Shown piece by piece: positions 47,124 through 57,262 of a stretch of DNA of 64,000 nt. Origin of the DNA: Gemmatimonadaceae bacterium (lineage in GTDB: Bacteria; Gemmatimonadota; Gemmatimonadetes; Gemmatimonadales; Gemmatimonadaceae). The stretch spans positions 736,001 through 800,000 of the forward strand of contig JBJMOW010000005.1 in assembly GCA_045803545.1 (NCBI GenBank). The letters run 5' to 3'. The notes beneath the pieces are model-generated. The model was given only the letters and a program-made list of their open reading frames with translations, was not told the origin of the DNA and made no database searches. Positions within the stretch are counted from its first letter, which is position 1. Each line of letters starts with the position of its first letter. The position numbers and the translations under genes are program-made.

Positions 47124-48383
47124 CTACTGCTTCAGCGTCACCTGCGCGGGATTGACGATGTTCGGATTCGCCCCTGCCGGCACATCGACGTAGATCACCG
47201 TCGGCCGTCCCTGAATCTCCTGCGTCGAAACCTGAATCGTACGGCCGCCGGCTGAGTATTTCTTTACGAGATCGGTCGAACCCGCAGTGGCCTTGGTCGA
47301 GAAGCGCTTCTCAACCCCCTCACCTGCCATATGGTAGAACTCGCCCGCTTCTACCTGTGAATCCCAAACCGTCAGCCAGACGATGCCCTGTCCTTGCGGC
47401 GTGTTGACCACCGCGTAGCGATCTCCGTCCCAGCCGGTTGCTCCACGCACTGCTTCGTTCTGGTCAGCGAGCTGCTGAAACAGGAATAGACGGGTCTCGA
47501 ACTCGCCGAGGTCGTTCTCATATACCTTGGCCGCGTTCGTAAGAGTGCCGAGCCCTACTGCGGTCGGATTGTCTCGGGTTACGAAGAACGCGGCGGGATG
47601 AATGATCTGCTCGGTCGACACCGGCATATCGTTGTAGATGACTGATCCCGGCTTCCGCTCTTTGTAATTGCGGTAGAACTCGGCGCCGCTCAAGTACGGG
47701 AAGATGAGCGTTTCCTGAATCACTTTCGGCGCTGCTGCGAAGATCGGCATCGAACCCTTATTCTCGCTAATCATCTCGCGAATGCGGTCCCACCCGCCAG
47801 GAAGATTTATCGCGATGTTGGAACCTCCGAGCATGATTGAGATCTGCTCGTACACGGCCTGACCCTCGAACACTGATTGAGCGGCCGACAGTCGGTCGTT
47901 GTCGTTGCGCGTTTTCTGGATCGAGTCGAGGCTGATGTACTGATCCTGGAGGGCATGCACGAGCTCGTGGGTGATCGTCATCGAAGCCATATCCTGCGGC
48001 GCACCATCGACCACATACAGGATCTTCGTATGCGGATCATAAAAGCCGACGATCTGCTCCTCGAGCAGGCTGGTCAGGAACGGCTGCAGCTTGAGCGTAT
48101 CGGGAATCATCCCCAGCCGCTTGTACGCTGCTTCCTGACCGGCGATGTCTCGCGTAGCCTGTGAATCGGTGAACTGGCGGGTGACGAACTCGCGTACCTG
48201 CTCCTTCGACCGAGTTTCCACTTTGGGTGGTGTTTTGAATTTCAGCCCCACCGCCTTCTCGATCATCGGGATCGCGTCTCTGACTTCGCTCGCGTACGGA
48301 CCTTCGTAGGCCGGCTTTTGTCTTTCGCAGCCGGCCACGAAGACAATTGAGAGCGCCGCCGCCAGAGATCCAGCGCGCGTCAC
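47124..48383 (-). CDS. Lipoprotein with HExxH zincin-like motif
   Basis: Lipobox VAGC, GFYDP, HELVHALQDQ, EGQA, FPY..G, STEQI.HP and GWDGDRY motifs. Confidence 0.72.
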   Translation of the reverse strand: MTRAGSLAAALSIVFVAGCERQKPAYEGPYASEVRDAIPMIEKAVGLKFKTPPKVETRSKEQVREFVTRQFTDSQATRDIAGQEAAYKRLGMIPDTLKLQPFLTSLLEEQIVGFYDPHTKILYVVDGAPQDMASMTITHELVHALQDQYISLDSIQKTRNDNDRLSAAQSVFEGQAVYEQISIMLGGSNIAINLPGGWDRIREMISENKGSMPIFAAAPKVIQETLIFPYLSGAEFYRNYKERKPGSVIYNDMPVSTEQIIHPAAFFVTRDNPTAVGLGTLTNAAKVYENDLGEFETRLFLFQQLADQNEAVRGATGWDGDRYAVVNTPQGQGIVWLTVWDSQVEAGEFYHMAGEGVEKRFSTKATAGSTDLVKKYSAGGRTIQVSTQEIQGRPTVIYVDVPAGANPNIVNPAQVTLKQ

Positions 48384-48464
48384 GCGAAGCTCCTGCCCGC
48401 GCGGGAAATCCGTGCGGACGGCGTAGCGTCAACGATCATTTGTTGCCGAATTAGGGTTTGCCGA

Positions 48465-49316
48465 TCAAAGTCCCGAGATACGAAGATACCACGCAATCAG
48501 CGCATCTCCATGGAGCAGCGCGATCAGCGCGGCGGGCGCAAGAAAGACGCCGAATGGAAGCTCGCGTTTGCGCCATGCTCCGCCTTCTTCGAGTGCGAGC
48601 TCGGTTTGACCTTTGTCGTCCGCCATACCGCGGGCAGATAGAGGGTAGACGACGGCGAGCAGCACGATCGGCGCGAGCAGCGACGCAATGAATATCGTGA
48701 GCAGGGCGCGGACGGGGCCGACTGCAGCGCCGACCACCGCCATCAGCGTCACGTCACCGAAGCCCATCGCCGGACGCTTCAGCCACACTTCGCCCAGCCA
48801 GCCAACGATTGAGATCGCGCCCGCACCGACACACATGCCAAGTATGGCGTCCCACGGCCGCGCAAAGGGCTCCGCCTCTCCAACGTAAAGTGCGGCAAGT
48901 GCGCTAAGGATTACGAAGAAGAGCCCGAAAACTGTGAATCCGTCGGGAATCAGAAAATGCTTGGCATCGGTGACCGCTATCCCAAGCAGGACGGTCGCCA
49001 GGACGGCGATGCGCAGTCCGGTCACGGTGAGTCCGAACTGGAAATACGCGACCAGCCAGATTAATCCCACCAGCAACTCCACGATCGGATACTGGATCGA
49101 AATGCGCTCACGGCAACCGCTGCAGCGCCCACGCAGCATCAGCCAGCCGACGATCGGGATGTTTTCTGACGCTGTAATCTGGTGGCCACATTTCGGGCAC
49201 CGTGATCGTGGCTTGACGACGCTCAGGCCTTCGGGCCACCGACCGATGCAGACATTCAAAAAGGAGCCGATTGCGGCTCCGATCAAAAAAACGAAAAAAC
49301 CTTCGAGAAACTCCAT
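48465..49316 (-). CDS. pilD: Prepilin peptidase / N-methyltransferase
   Basis: GSFLNVCI.R, CPKC and CSGC, D...LIPD, MGFGD and PFGVFL motifs. Confidence 0.93.
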   Translation of the reverse strand: MEFLEGFFVFLIGAAIGSFLNVCIGRWPEGLSVVKPRSRCPKCGHQITASENIPIVGWLMLRGRCSGCRERISIQYPIVELLVGLIWLVAYFQFGLTVTGLRIAVLATVLLGIAVTDAKHFLIPDGFTVFGLFFVILSALAALYVGEAEPFARPWDAILGMCVGAGAISIVGWLGEVWLKRPAMGFGDVTLMAVVGAAVGPVRALLTIFIASLLAPIVLLAVVYPLSARGMADDKGQTELALEEGGAWRKRELPFGVFLAPAALIALLHGDALIAWYLRISGL

Positions 49317-50074
49317 TATTGACGAAGCTCGTAAAGAAGAATTCCCGCAGCCACGGCGACGTTGAGTGATTCGACGTCGCCGGAAATTGGAAGCGATATA
49401 GTTCGCTGCGCTTTCGCTCTTATAGAAGACGATATTCCCGCCCCTTCGTTGCCAAGTGCGACCGCCAGCTTCGCGGGGGCGGCCTTACCGTCCACCGGGA
49501 TTCCCTGAGTGTCGGTCGCCCAAAGCTCCACCGATTGGCGTGTAAGGAACTCGAGTGTTTCGTCGACAGCGGCGTGAAACGCCTGATGGTGAAACTGGGC
49601 GCCCATCGAGCTTCGAATCACTTTTGGATTCCACAAATCCACAGTTCCGGGTAATGCAATGGTGGCGCAGGCGCCGAGCGCGGCGGCGGTACGCAGAATA
49701 GTACCGACGTTGCCTGGATCCTGAACGGCGTCCAGCAACAGAATGCGGCACACTCCCGGCACCTGTAGTGTATCAAGGGTCCGTGACGGGACTTCGGCGA
49801 TTGCGAGTACTCCCTGCGGTGAATCCGTTTCGGCTGCGGAGCGGAAATCTTTCTCGCTGACTTCGGCGACTTCGACTCGCGACTGCTCGAGCTGGCGCCG
49901 CAGATCGGCGCCGCGCGGCGCGTCGGTCAGCTGCGGCGCAACGAGCGCACCCTGGATGTTGAGGCCGGAGCGCAGCAGCTCTTCGACCGATCGCACACCT
50001 TCCGCCACGAACATAGAGTGCTTTTCGCGGGCTTTCCGACGGGTCAAGTCGCGCGCGAGTGTGAGTAATTTCAC
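49316..50074 (-). CDS. TrmH/SpoU family RNA methyltransferase
   Basis: FVAEG, PQGVLA, VQDPGNVGTILR, GNEGAG and ESLNVAVA motifs. Start set at GTG 50074 to avoid overlapping the divergent gene. Confidence 0.9.
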   Translation of the reverse strand: MKLLTLARDLTRRKAREKHSMFVAEGVRSVEELLRSGLNIQGALVAPQLTDAPRGADLRRQLEQSRVEVAEVSEKDFRSAAETDSPQGVLAIAEVPSRTLDTLQVPGVCRILLLDAVQDPGNVGTILRTAAALGACATIALPGTVDLWNPKVIRSSMGAQFHHQAFHAAVDETLEFLTRQSVELWATDTQGIPVDGKAAPAKLAVALGNEGAGISSSIRAKAQRTISLPISGDVESLNVAVAAGILLYELRQ

Positions 50075-50146
50075 GTCTCGCAATCCGACATGGCTGGAAT
50101 GGGTCTTGCCCCGCGTGTGAATAGAAATCTCATCGTTGGAGTACCA

Positions 50147-50953
50147 ATGAAACGCGTTCTCATAGGTATTGCGGTTACCGTCTCTTTGCTCGGCTGCGGA
50201 ATATCGCAGCAGCAGGAAGTTCAGATGGGACAGCAGTATGTGCAACAGATCAACGCCCAGCTGCCGATCGTCCAGGATCCGGAGCTGAATCGCTACATCA
50301 ACGTACTTGGCGATTCAATTGCCCGTCTCACGAGCCGCAAAGACCTTGACTGGCAATTCTTCATCGTCGACGCCCAGGAAGTGAATGCGTTTGCCGTGCC
50401 GGGGGGCTTCGTATACGTGAATCGTGGACTGATTCAGCGCGCCGATCAGATGGACGAGTTGGCTGGCGTGTTGGGCCACGAAATCGGACACGTCGTCCGC
50501 CGTCATACCGTGAAGCAAATGGAGAAGGCGCAGGGCGCGAACATCGGTGTCACGCTCGCGTGCGTCCTCACCAGCATTTGCAACAGCCAGGCGGCGGGCG
50601 CAGCGATAAACATCGCCGGAGGAGCCGTGTTCGCACGGTTTAGCCGCTCGGACGAGGCAGAGGCCGACGCCGAGGGAGTCAAGAACACGGTTCGCGCCGG
50701 AATCAGCCCGGTCGGAATGGTGACGATGTTTCAAAAGCTGCTCGAGGAGAGAAAGGCGCGTCCTGGAGCAGTGGAATCGTGGTTCCTGACGCACCCGCTC
50801 GAGGAAGATCGCATTACCGCAGTGCAGAGCATGATCAACGCAGTTCCTCCGAGTCAGCTCGCACAGCTAGGTACCGATAGTCGGAATTTCCACGCGTTCA
50901 AGTCACGAATTCAGTCGCTGCCCCCTTCGCCTCCACCGCGACAGGTTCAGTGA
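50147..50953 (+). CDS. M48 family metallopeptidase lipoprotein
   Basis: Lipobox LLGC, NAFAVPGG, LGHEIGH, SRSDEAEAD and THP motifs. GGAG precedes ATG 50147. Confidence 0.92.
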   Translation: MKRVLIGIAVTVSLLGCGISQQQEVQMGQQYVQQINAQLPIVQDPELNRYINVLGDSIARLTSRKDLDWQFFIVDAQEVNAFAVPGGFVYVNRGLIQRADQMDELAGVLGHEIGHVVRRHTVKQMEKAQGANIGVTLACVLTSICNSQAAGAAINIAGGAVFARFSRSDEAEADAEGVKNTVRAGISPVGMVTMFQKLLEERKARPGAVESWFLTHPLEEDRITAVQSMINAVPPSQLAQLGTDSRNFHAFKSRIQSLPPSPPPRQVQ

Positions 50954-50972
50954 CACTCTAGCCGACAGAGTT

Positions 50973-51005
50973 GATGCGCCGTGGGATTCCGCGGCGCATC
51001 TTTTT
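50973..51005 (+). terminator. Intrinsic terminator-like hairpin
   Basis: GATGCGCCGTGG-GATT-CCGCGGCGCATC-TTTTT, ending 2 nt before the thiD ATG. Confidence 0.6.
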
Positions 51006-51007
51006 AT

Positions 51008-51796
51008 ATGCGCATTGCGCTCACCATCGCCGGCTCTGATTCAGGCGGGGGCGCTGGAATTCAGGCCGACCTGAAGACTTTCCAGCGTTTCGGCGTTTTC
51101 GGGACGTCCGCGATTACCGCGATCACTGCCCAGAACACCCGTGGGGTTCGGCAATGGGAGCCAGTCTCGTCCACGCTTGTGCGCGCCCAGATCGACGCGG
51201 TAATCGAGGATCTTCCGCCAGCTGCGCTCAAGACCGGCATGATTGCGAATGGCGCGGTTGCGCTCGCTGTTGCCGCGGCAATCCGCGACCACTCATTACG
51301 CAACTACGTGCTCGATCCGGTGTTGGTTGCCACGTCCGGTGACAAATTGTTCGAAAACGACGCGATCGACGTAATACGCACCCAGCTCATTCCGCTGTCT
51401 TCTCTCGTCACTCCAAATCTGCATGAAGCCGAGATCCTTGTCGGCGATAAGCTCGAGGACGAGGAAGCGATCGTGCGTGCTGCGGAAACCATTGTCAACG
51501 AGATGGGGGCAGCCGCAGTGCTGATTAAAGGTGGCCACTTTGCATCCGGCGATCGTGTAGTAGACACACTGTTCGACGGCGACGTCCGCACCTTCCGGGG
51601 GAAGCGGCTGGAAACGACAAACACCCATGGGACTGGCTGCACACTGTCAGCCGCGATTGTGGCATTCCTCGCGAGAGGTGAATCGCTACACGCAGCGGTC
51701 CGGCGCTCCATCGAGTACGTGCAAAAGGCGATCGCGACGGCGCCGGGGCTCGGCTCGGGCAATGGCCCGCTAAATCATCTCGCCGACGAGAGCTGA
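51008..51796 (+). CDS. thiD: Hydroxymethylpyrimidine/phosphomethylpyrimidine kinase
   Basis: LTIAGSDSGGGAGIQADLKT, TAQNT, DPV, TPN..EA, KGGH and HGTGCT motifs. Confidence 0.95.
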   Translation: MRIALTIAGSDSGGGAGIQADLKTFQRFGVFGTSAITAITAQNTRGVRQWEPVSSTLVRAQIDAVIEDLPPAALKTGMIANGAVALAVAAAIRDHSLRNYVLDPVLVATSGDKLFENDAIDVIRTQLIPLSSLVTPNLHEAEILVGDKLEDEEAIVRAAETIVNEMGAAAVLIKGGHFASGDRVVDTLFDGDVRTFRGKRLETTNTHGTGCTLSAAIVAFLARGESLHAAVRRSIEYVQKAIATAPGLGSGNGPLNHLADES

Positions 51797-52620
51797 GTCG
51801 CGGCGGTCTTCTCCAGAAACTCAGTCACCAGCGCTTCGAAACGGGCACTCACGCGGTTCGTTGTTTGGAGCACTTCGGCATGACTTAACGCGGCGCCAGT
51901 AACGCCAGCCGCGGCGTTGGTGATGCAGCTGACTCCGGCAACGCGCATTCGTAACGCGCGCGCCATTATCACCTCCGGCACCGTCGACATTCCAACCGCG
52001 TCAGCGCCCAGCATTCTGAGCATCTTCACTTCGCTGGGCGTCTCATACGACGGCCCGAGGAGACCCGCGTAAACTCCTTCACGCAGCGTGATGCCGAGCT
52101 GCTCGGCACTGTTCCGCAAGACGCGGCGGAAACCCGGATCATATGCGTCGGTCATGTCGGGGAATCGAATCTCGCCTTCCCCTAAAGCCCCGACGAGTGG
52201 ATTTGTGCCCATCAAGTTGAGGTGATCGCAAATCATCATCAGATCGCCGACCAAAAGCTTGGAAGAAATCCCACCGGCGGCGTTCGATACGAACAGCTCG
52301 CGCGCGCCCAGGGCGTGGAAAACACGCACGGGAAACGCGGCCAGGGCCGCGGGATGTCCTTCATACATGTGGAAGCGCCCATTCAGGGCGACGACCTCGC
52401 GTCCGCCGAGGTTGCCAAGCAGAACTGTTCCTTCGTGTCCGACCACGGTGGCTTCGGGGAAGCCAGGAATGTCGCCAAAGGGAATTCGCACGGCGTCGTC
52501 GATCTTGTTGGCGAGCCCTCCGAGACCGGAGCCAAGAATGATTCCGATGGTTGGCTGCCGCTCCGTGCGCGAGCGAATCGCCGTTGCGGCTGTCTTCGCC
52601 GCGTCCGCGGAGTATTTCAT
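51775..52620 (-). CDS. punA: Purine-nucleoside phosphorylase (trimeric type)
   Basis: ILGSGLG, GRFHMYEG, NAAGG, GPSYETPSE and VGMSTVPE motifs. Confidence 0.95.
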   Translation of the reverse strand: MKYSADAAKTAATAIRSRTERQPTIGIILGSGLGGLANKIDDAVRIPFGDIPGFPEATVVGHEGTVLLGNLGGREVVALNGRFHMYEGHPAALAAFPVRVFHALGARELFVSNAAGGISSKLLVGDLMMICDHLNLMGTNPLVGALGEGEIRFPDMTDAYDPGFRRVLRNSAEQLGITLREGVYAGLLGPSYETPSEVKMLRMLGADAVGMSTVPEVIMARALRMRVAGVSCITNAAAGVTGAALSHAEVLQTTNRVSARFEALVTEFLEKTAATQLSSAR

Positions 52621-53687
52621 CAGGCTGCGCCTCCCCCGTTTCCGTCAACCGGCCCGAGCAGCTGGTCGATTGTGTCGGAGACTTCCTCGATCAACATCAA
52701 TCGATCTTCCCATGGGAGAAATGCGCTCTCGAAACCATTGAGCGCAATCCCTGCCAGCTCCTCGACGGTGAATCCGAGGTGCTCGGCGGCGAAGACATAC
52801 TCGTCGGTAAGCGTGGTTGCGCTCATCAAACGATTGTCGGTGTTGAGTGTGACGTTGAGTCCGCGATCGAAATACTCGCGCACCGGATGCGTCGCGTACG
52901 AGTCGGCGACGCGTGTCTGGACGTTGCTCGTCAGGCAAACTTCGAGCGCGATCCTGCGATCATTCACGTACTGGGTGAGCTCTGCATCTTCGATCAGCCG
53001 CGTGCCGTGGCCAATGCGATTCGCTCCGCAAAGGTGCACAGCCTCGGCGATCGACTCCGGACCATCGCCTTCACCGGCGTGCACCGTCACGGCCAGATTG
53101 TGCTCGCGAGCATAGGTGAATGCGGCTGCGTGCCGCGACGCGGGATTCCCCTTCTCGGCCCCGGCAAGGTCGAACGCGACAACACCGTCATTCCTGAATT
53201 CGACCGCAAGTTTCGCCAGGTCGAGGGAAGTCTCCGGCGGAAGCTGGCGTAGTCCCGCGATGATGAATCGCGCGGTAATTCCAAAATCATTCTCGGCGCG
53301 ACGGAGGCCGCGCAGTGGCGCCTCGATCGCTTCAACTAGCGTCAGGCCTTTCACAACATTCAGAATGGGTGCATTCCGGATCTCGATGTAGCGCACGCCA
53401 TCCTCATGAGCATCCTCTGCCAACTCGTACGCGGCACGCTCGAGCGCCTCTTCCGTCTGCAGTACCGAGATCGTGACATCGAAGCGACGTAAGTAATCCT
53501 CGAGGTCGTTTGCGTCGTCGACGCGCATGAACTCGGCGAGCTCCTCGGGACTCTGCTTCGGAAGTGTCACACGTTGATCACGCGCAAGCTCGAGCAGCGT
53601 CGAGGGACGCATCGATCCGTCGAGATGACAATGGAGTTCAGCCTTCGGAAGTTGCCGAAGCTTACTCGAGAAAATTGAAAGGGGCAT
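52620..53687 (-). CDS. add: Adenosine deaminase
   Basis: LPKAELHCHLDGS, HAGE, RIGHG, CLTSN and NTDN motifs. Confidence 0.94.
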   Translation of the reverse strand: MPLSIFSSKLRQLPKAELHCHLDGSMRPSTLLELARDQRVTLPKQSPEELAEFMRVDDANDLEDYLRRFDVTISVLQTEEALERAAYELAEDAHEDGVRYIEIRNAPILNVVKGLTLVEAIEAPLRGLRRAENDFGITARFIIAGLRQLPPETSLDLAKLAVEFRNDGVVAFDLAGAEKGNPASRHAAAFTYAREHNLAVTVHAGEGDGPESIAEAVHLCGANRIGHGTRLIEDAELTQYVNDRRIALEVCLTSNVQTRVADSYATHPVREYFDRGLNVTLNTDNRLMSATTLTDEYVFAAEHLGFTVEELAGIALNGFESAFLPWEDRLMLIEEVSDTIDQLLGPVDGNGGGAA

Positions 53688-53932
53688 TAAAGCGGGTTGT
53701 CTTCCACGTCGTCATCGGCCTGTCGCGCGCGAACGATGCGAAAGATGGCGCCGTTATGGACCGGTGCGTCAGCGGTAGTCGGGATGCCGCGACTATCGGT
53801 GAGCATCCGCTCGCCGTTGCGGATGGCAGCGGCCTGAGTTGCATCCCATTGTTCGACTGCTTCGAGCGCGGTTGCGGAAGCGGCAACGTCGACTGGCCTG
53901 GCGTTGATATAGATGCGAACAGTCTCACTCAT
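53687..53932 (-). CDS. Small hypothetical protein, possible beta-grasp (ubiquitin-like) fold
   Basis: 81 aa. ATGA overlap upstream and TAATG overlap downstream. Pattern VRIYINARPVDV...TALEAV...V.NG..FRIV. Confidence 0.7.
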   Translation of the reverse strand: MSETVRIYINARPVDVAASATALEAVEQWDATQAAAIRNGERMLTDSRGIPTTADAPVHNGAIFRIVRARQADDDVEDNPL

Positions 53933-56900
53933 TGAGCGGTGATCGGAGCAATGCGGACTTCGGCCGGAGCAGTGGTCGGCGAGGGCAAAGAACGCAGATA
54001 GTCGATCAAGGCATCAAGATCGCCAATGTTGAGCGCTTTCATTGATGTCGCTCTCTGGCCGGCGTTGTAGCCCTCGCCGCCAGTCGCCAGGAAATCGTTG
54101 ACGATGACGTTGTACGTCTTTGTATCCGACAGCTGCGATCCGTCAGCCATGGTCACCGAGACAAGTCGGGATCCAGCCGGCTTGGCCGGGTCAAATCTGA
54201 TGGTAAGTCCGCTTACATGGTCGTCGACAGATTTCGTCAGCATTGCTTCGAGCAGCCCGCGCAGCTGCGCGCCAGTCATTGTCAGCGAATAGAGGACGTT
54301 GCCAAAAGGCTGGATCTCGAACAACGATCCGTAAGTTGCTTCACCAGCGCGAAGGTCAGTGCGGATGCCGCCGTTGTTCATGATCGCAACGTCACCTTTT
54401 GCAGCCCAACGCTGCGCGTCGGCGATCAGGTTGCCGAGCGCGTATTGATTTCCCTGGCGCGGCAGCGCAACCGGAATCGTTGCGACATGGCGATTAACGA
54501 GCGGAGCAACGCGCGCAACTGCCTGCTCTACGATCTTCTCGACCGCCGGATCCGGCTTGAGCGTGTCGACAGCGATCTCACGCACCTCATGGCGCGTCGG
54601 AATGTTTCCGTAGTGCTGTAATGGGAGATCGACGACGTCTATGGCGCGGCCGCTCGACCGCGCCTGTACCACCGGCTTATCAGCGATATCCGCATTGACG
54701 AGCGTGTGGGTATGGCCTGAGATCACCGCGTCGACCTTTGTCGTCAACTGCCGCGCGAAGTCGATTATCTCTCCGTTGCAGCTCGTCGCGCCGTCATGGC
54801 TGCAGAACGCGCCGGCGTGTGCGATGACGATCACGAAGTCCGCGCCACGCTTGCGCAGCGCGGTACCGATGCTGTCGATAATTGGCGCGGGTGGGTCGAA
54901 GCGCAGTCCGACGACGTTGGATGCGCGGGTGGTCGTTGGAGTCGCCACGGTGGACCAGCCAATGATGCCGATCTTCGTTTTGCCGCGCGTGACGATGGTG
55001 TCATTGGGGATCCATTCGACGTCGCGACCGTTGGTGTAGCGCACGTTGGCACCGAAGATTCCGAACTTCGCCTGTCTCATGCGGGCGCGCAGCGTGTCTG
55101 TTCCCCAATCGAACTCATGGTTCCCCAACGCTGCGGCGGCGTATCCCATTCTATTGTAGTACTCGACCACTGGACGCCCGTAGGACAGGTTCGAAGCGGG
55201 CGTGCCCTGAAACAGGTCGCCGGCATCGACCAGCAGAATTTCGCAGCGCGGAACACATTCACTGCGCGCCCGCTCGATAGCCGCCGCGACGTATGAAGCA
55301 CCGCCGCGTCTTACACCATTGGCATCGGGGCGCGGCTCGAGGGCGCCGTGGAAATCATTGGTCGCGATGATACGAAGAAATCGCGTGCCCGTCGGGAACG
55401 CAGGACGTGATGTCGTCACAGCGGGCGGCACGACGGGATTGATCGCCGCGCTGATTTGGCCACCACCGCGCAGCAGCGACCAGTTCGGGGTGAAATAATC
55501 CTGCTGCCGCAGAGTACCTTTAGCGCGTACCTCGTCGATCAACAGCTGCCTGATTTCTTGCTGTCGATCGTAGACGACCGGCGCTCCGCTCAACATCGTG
55601 TATCCACCGCCTCCGGTCTGCCGATAGTTGTTGAGTGCCATTGTGAAGGAATCGGCGTCGGTAACTGGACGGCCCTTGTACTCGAGGCGCGTGACGCGCG
55701 ACCCGATCGGCCGAGAGACGTCTATCGCGTACTCGACCCCGGAGACAATGTCAAAGTTGTAGCCGGGAATCTGCGCGTCGGTTTCCAACGCCGCGGTCGC
55801 CGTCGCCGGCGTGCGGTAATAGCGGGCACTGTACTCGAGGTAGTCGCGCAGTTGCTTCCCGCTGATTCGCACCGCCCGCAACGTGTTGTCGTATGGGTAG
55901 ACCTGGGCGACCTGCGCGATGGTGATCGGGCCCGGATTCAAAACAACATCAGTGGAGAACGCTGCCGTCGATGCGAGGTCGGCTCCGGCGGCTTTTCTCT
56001 CGGTCTCCAGCATGAAATCGATCAGCGGAGTGTCCTTCATTCGCGCCGAGTCGGCGCTCCACTTCTCTGATGTCGAGCCGATCGTAGTGGTGACGTAACC
56101 GACGGTCTCGCGGTGGGCTGCGTCCGTGACGGCGAGCACGCTCGCGTTCTCAGCGTGATTGGCTGCCTGCACCAGGTCGCTGTGTTTGTCGGTCACGGTC
56201 CACTTGCCGCCGCGACGCGCCAGCGCAATGTGAGCGACGTCGACACTCGTCGCCCAATTCTTCGGTTGAATGAGGAGCGTCTGTCCCACTGTTGCGCCGC
56301 GAACTTCCTTGTGCGAGTGGCCATACAGTAGCAGATCGATCCCCGGCACCTCGCGCGCAATTCGCTCGGCGACGTTCTCGCTCGGCAACCCGGTAGTTGT
56401 CGTGTCGTAGCTCGAGGGCTCGTCCAGCCCCGAGTGCACGGTGACAACCACTATATCGGCGCCGGCGTTCCGAGCCTGCTCGACTGCCTCGCGCACCGCC
56501 GGGATGATGTCGCCAAATCGCAACCGACCCGCGATGTTCTGCGCATCCCATACGGCCACACCGGGTGTTGTGGCGCCAACAATTCCAACCTTCACGCCAG
56601 CCCGATCGAGGATCGTCCACGCGTTATACGCGTGGACACCGGCGGGATCGATGCGATAGGTGTTCGCCGACAGGAACGGGAATTTCGCCTGGCGAATCGC
56701 TGAATCCAGGTACGGCACGCCGTAGTTATACTCGTGATTTCCAATCGCAGCCGCATCGTACTGCATGGCGTTCATCGCGGCGATAATTGGATTGATAGGA
56801 TTTCTCGACAGCCGCGCCGCCACATACGCGAGCGGATTCCCCTGTAGCAGGTCACCCGCATCGAGGAGAATCACTCTGCCCGGATTTCCCGCGCGCAGCG

Positions 56901-57117
56901 AATCCACGATCGTCGCCGCGCGGGTGAGCCCGCGGACGGACTCCTCCCGATTCGCGTAGTAATCCCAGGCTCGTACCCGCCCGTGCACATCCGTCGTAGT
57001 CGCGAAAACGAGATCGACTGTCTGTGGCGTGCGAGGCAATTGCCTCGGCATGCATCCGAGTGCCAGCGCGAGCACGACTAGCGCCGTTGAACCGCGTCTT
57101 TTGTGTCGTTTGTTCAC
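53929..57117 (-). CDS. Tandem 2',3'-cyclic-nucleotide phosphodiesterase / 5'-nucleotidase (two metallophosphoesterase + nucleotidase-C modules)
   Basis: Module 1: TTDVHG, DAGDLLQG, GNHEYNYG, GHSH, YPYDN. Module 2: TNDFHG, DAGDLFQG, GNHEFDWG, GHTH, NNGGIR, PFGN. Lipobox ALGC. Start GTG 57117 or 57138. Confidence 0.92.
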   Translation of the reverse strand: MNKRHKRRGSTALVVLALALGCMPRQLPRTPQTVDLVFATTTDVHGRVRAWDYYANREESVRGLTRAATIVDSLRAGNPGRVILLDAGDLLQGNPLAYVAARLSRNPINPIIAAMNAMQYDAAAIGNHEYNYGVPYLDSAIRQAKFPFLSANTYRIDPAGVHAYNAWTILDRAGVKVGIVGATTPGVAVWDAQNIAGRLRFGDIIPAVREAVEQARNAGADIVVVTVHSGLDEPSSYDTTTTGLPSENVAERIAREVPGIDLLLYGHSHKEVRGATVGQTLLIQPKNWATSVDVAHIALARRGGKWTVTDKHSDLVQAANHAENASVLAVTDAAHRETVGYVTTTIGSTSEKWSADSARMKDTPLIDFMLETERKAAGADLASTAAFSTDVVLNPGPITIAQVAQVYPYDNTLRAVRISGKQLRDYLEYSARYYRTPATATAALETDAQIPGYNFDIVSGVEYAIDVSRPIGSRVTRLEYKGRPVTDADSFTMALNNYRQTGGGGYTMLSGAPVVYDRQQEIRQLLIDEVRAKGTLRQQDYFTPNWSLLRGGGQISAAINPVVPPAVTTSRPAFPTGTRFLRIIATNDFHGALEPRPDANGVRRGGASYVAAAIERARSECVPRCEILLVDAGDLFQGTPASNLSYGRPVVEYYNRMGYAAAALGNHEFDWGTDTLRARMRQAKFGIFGANVRYTNGRDVEWIPNDTIVTRGKTKIGIIGWSTVATPTTTRASNVVGLRFDPPAPIIDSIGTALRKRGADFVIVIAHAGAFCSHDGATSCNGEIIDFARQLTTKVDAVISGHTHTLVNADIADKPVVQARSSGRAIDVVDLPLQHYGNIPTRHEVREIAVDTLKPDPAVEKIVEQAVARVAPLVNRHVATIPVALPRQGNQYALGNLIADAQRWAAKGDVAIMNNGGIRTDLRAGEATYGSLFEIQPFGNVLYSLTMTGAQLRGLLEAMLTKSVDDHVSGLTIRFDPAKPAGSRLVSVTMADGSQLSDTKTYNVIVNDFLATGGEGYNAGQRATSMKALNIGDLDALIDYLRSLPSPTTAPAEVRIAPITAQ

Positions 57118-57200
57118 GTGAACAGCAAAGCTAAACACGCACGCTCAGCCGAGGGAGTGCAACTGTGGCGCACCGTCCGACGGAATCGCACCGATGTGTG

Positions 57201-57218
57201 GTGACGCATTCGTGACAG
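57201..57218 (-). promoter_or_regulatory. PHO-box-like direct repeat
   Basis: Minus strand CTGTCACGAATGCGTCAC: GTCAC twice at an 11-bp period, between the nucleotidase gene and phoB. Confidence 0.65.
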
Positions 57219-57262
57219 ATTGTGAGTTGACGCCAGCTCAACTGCTCAGCCAACTTCCAGCC

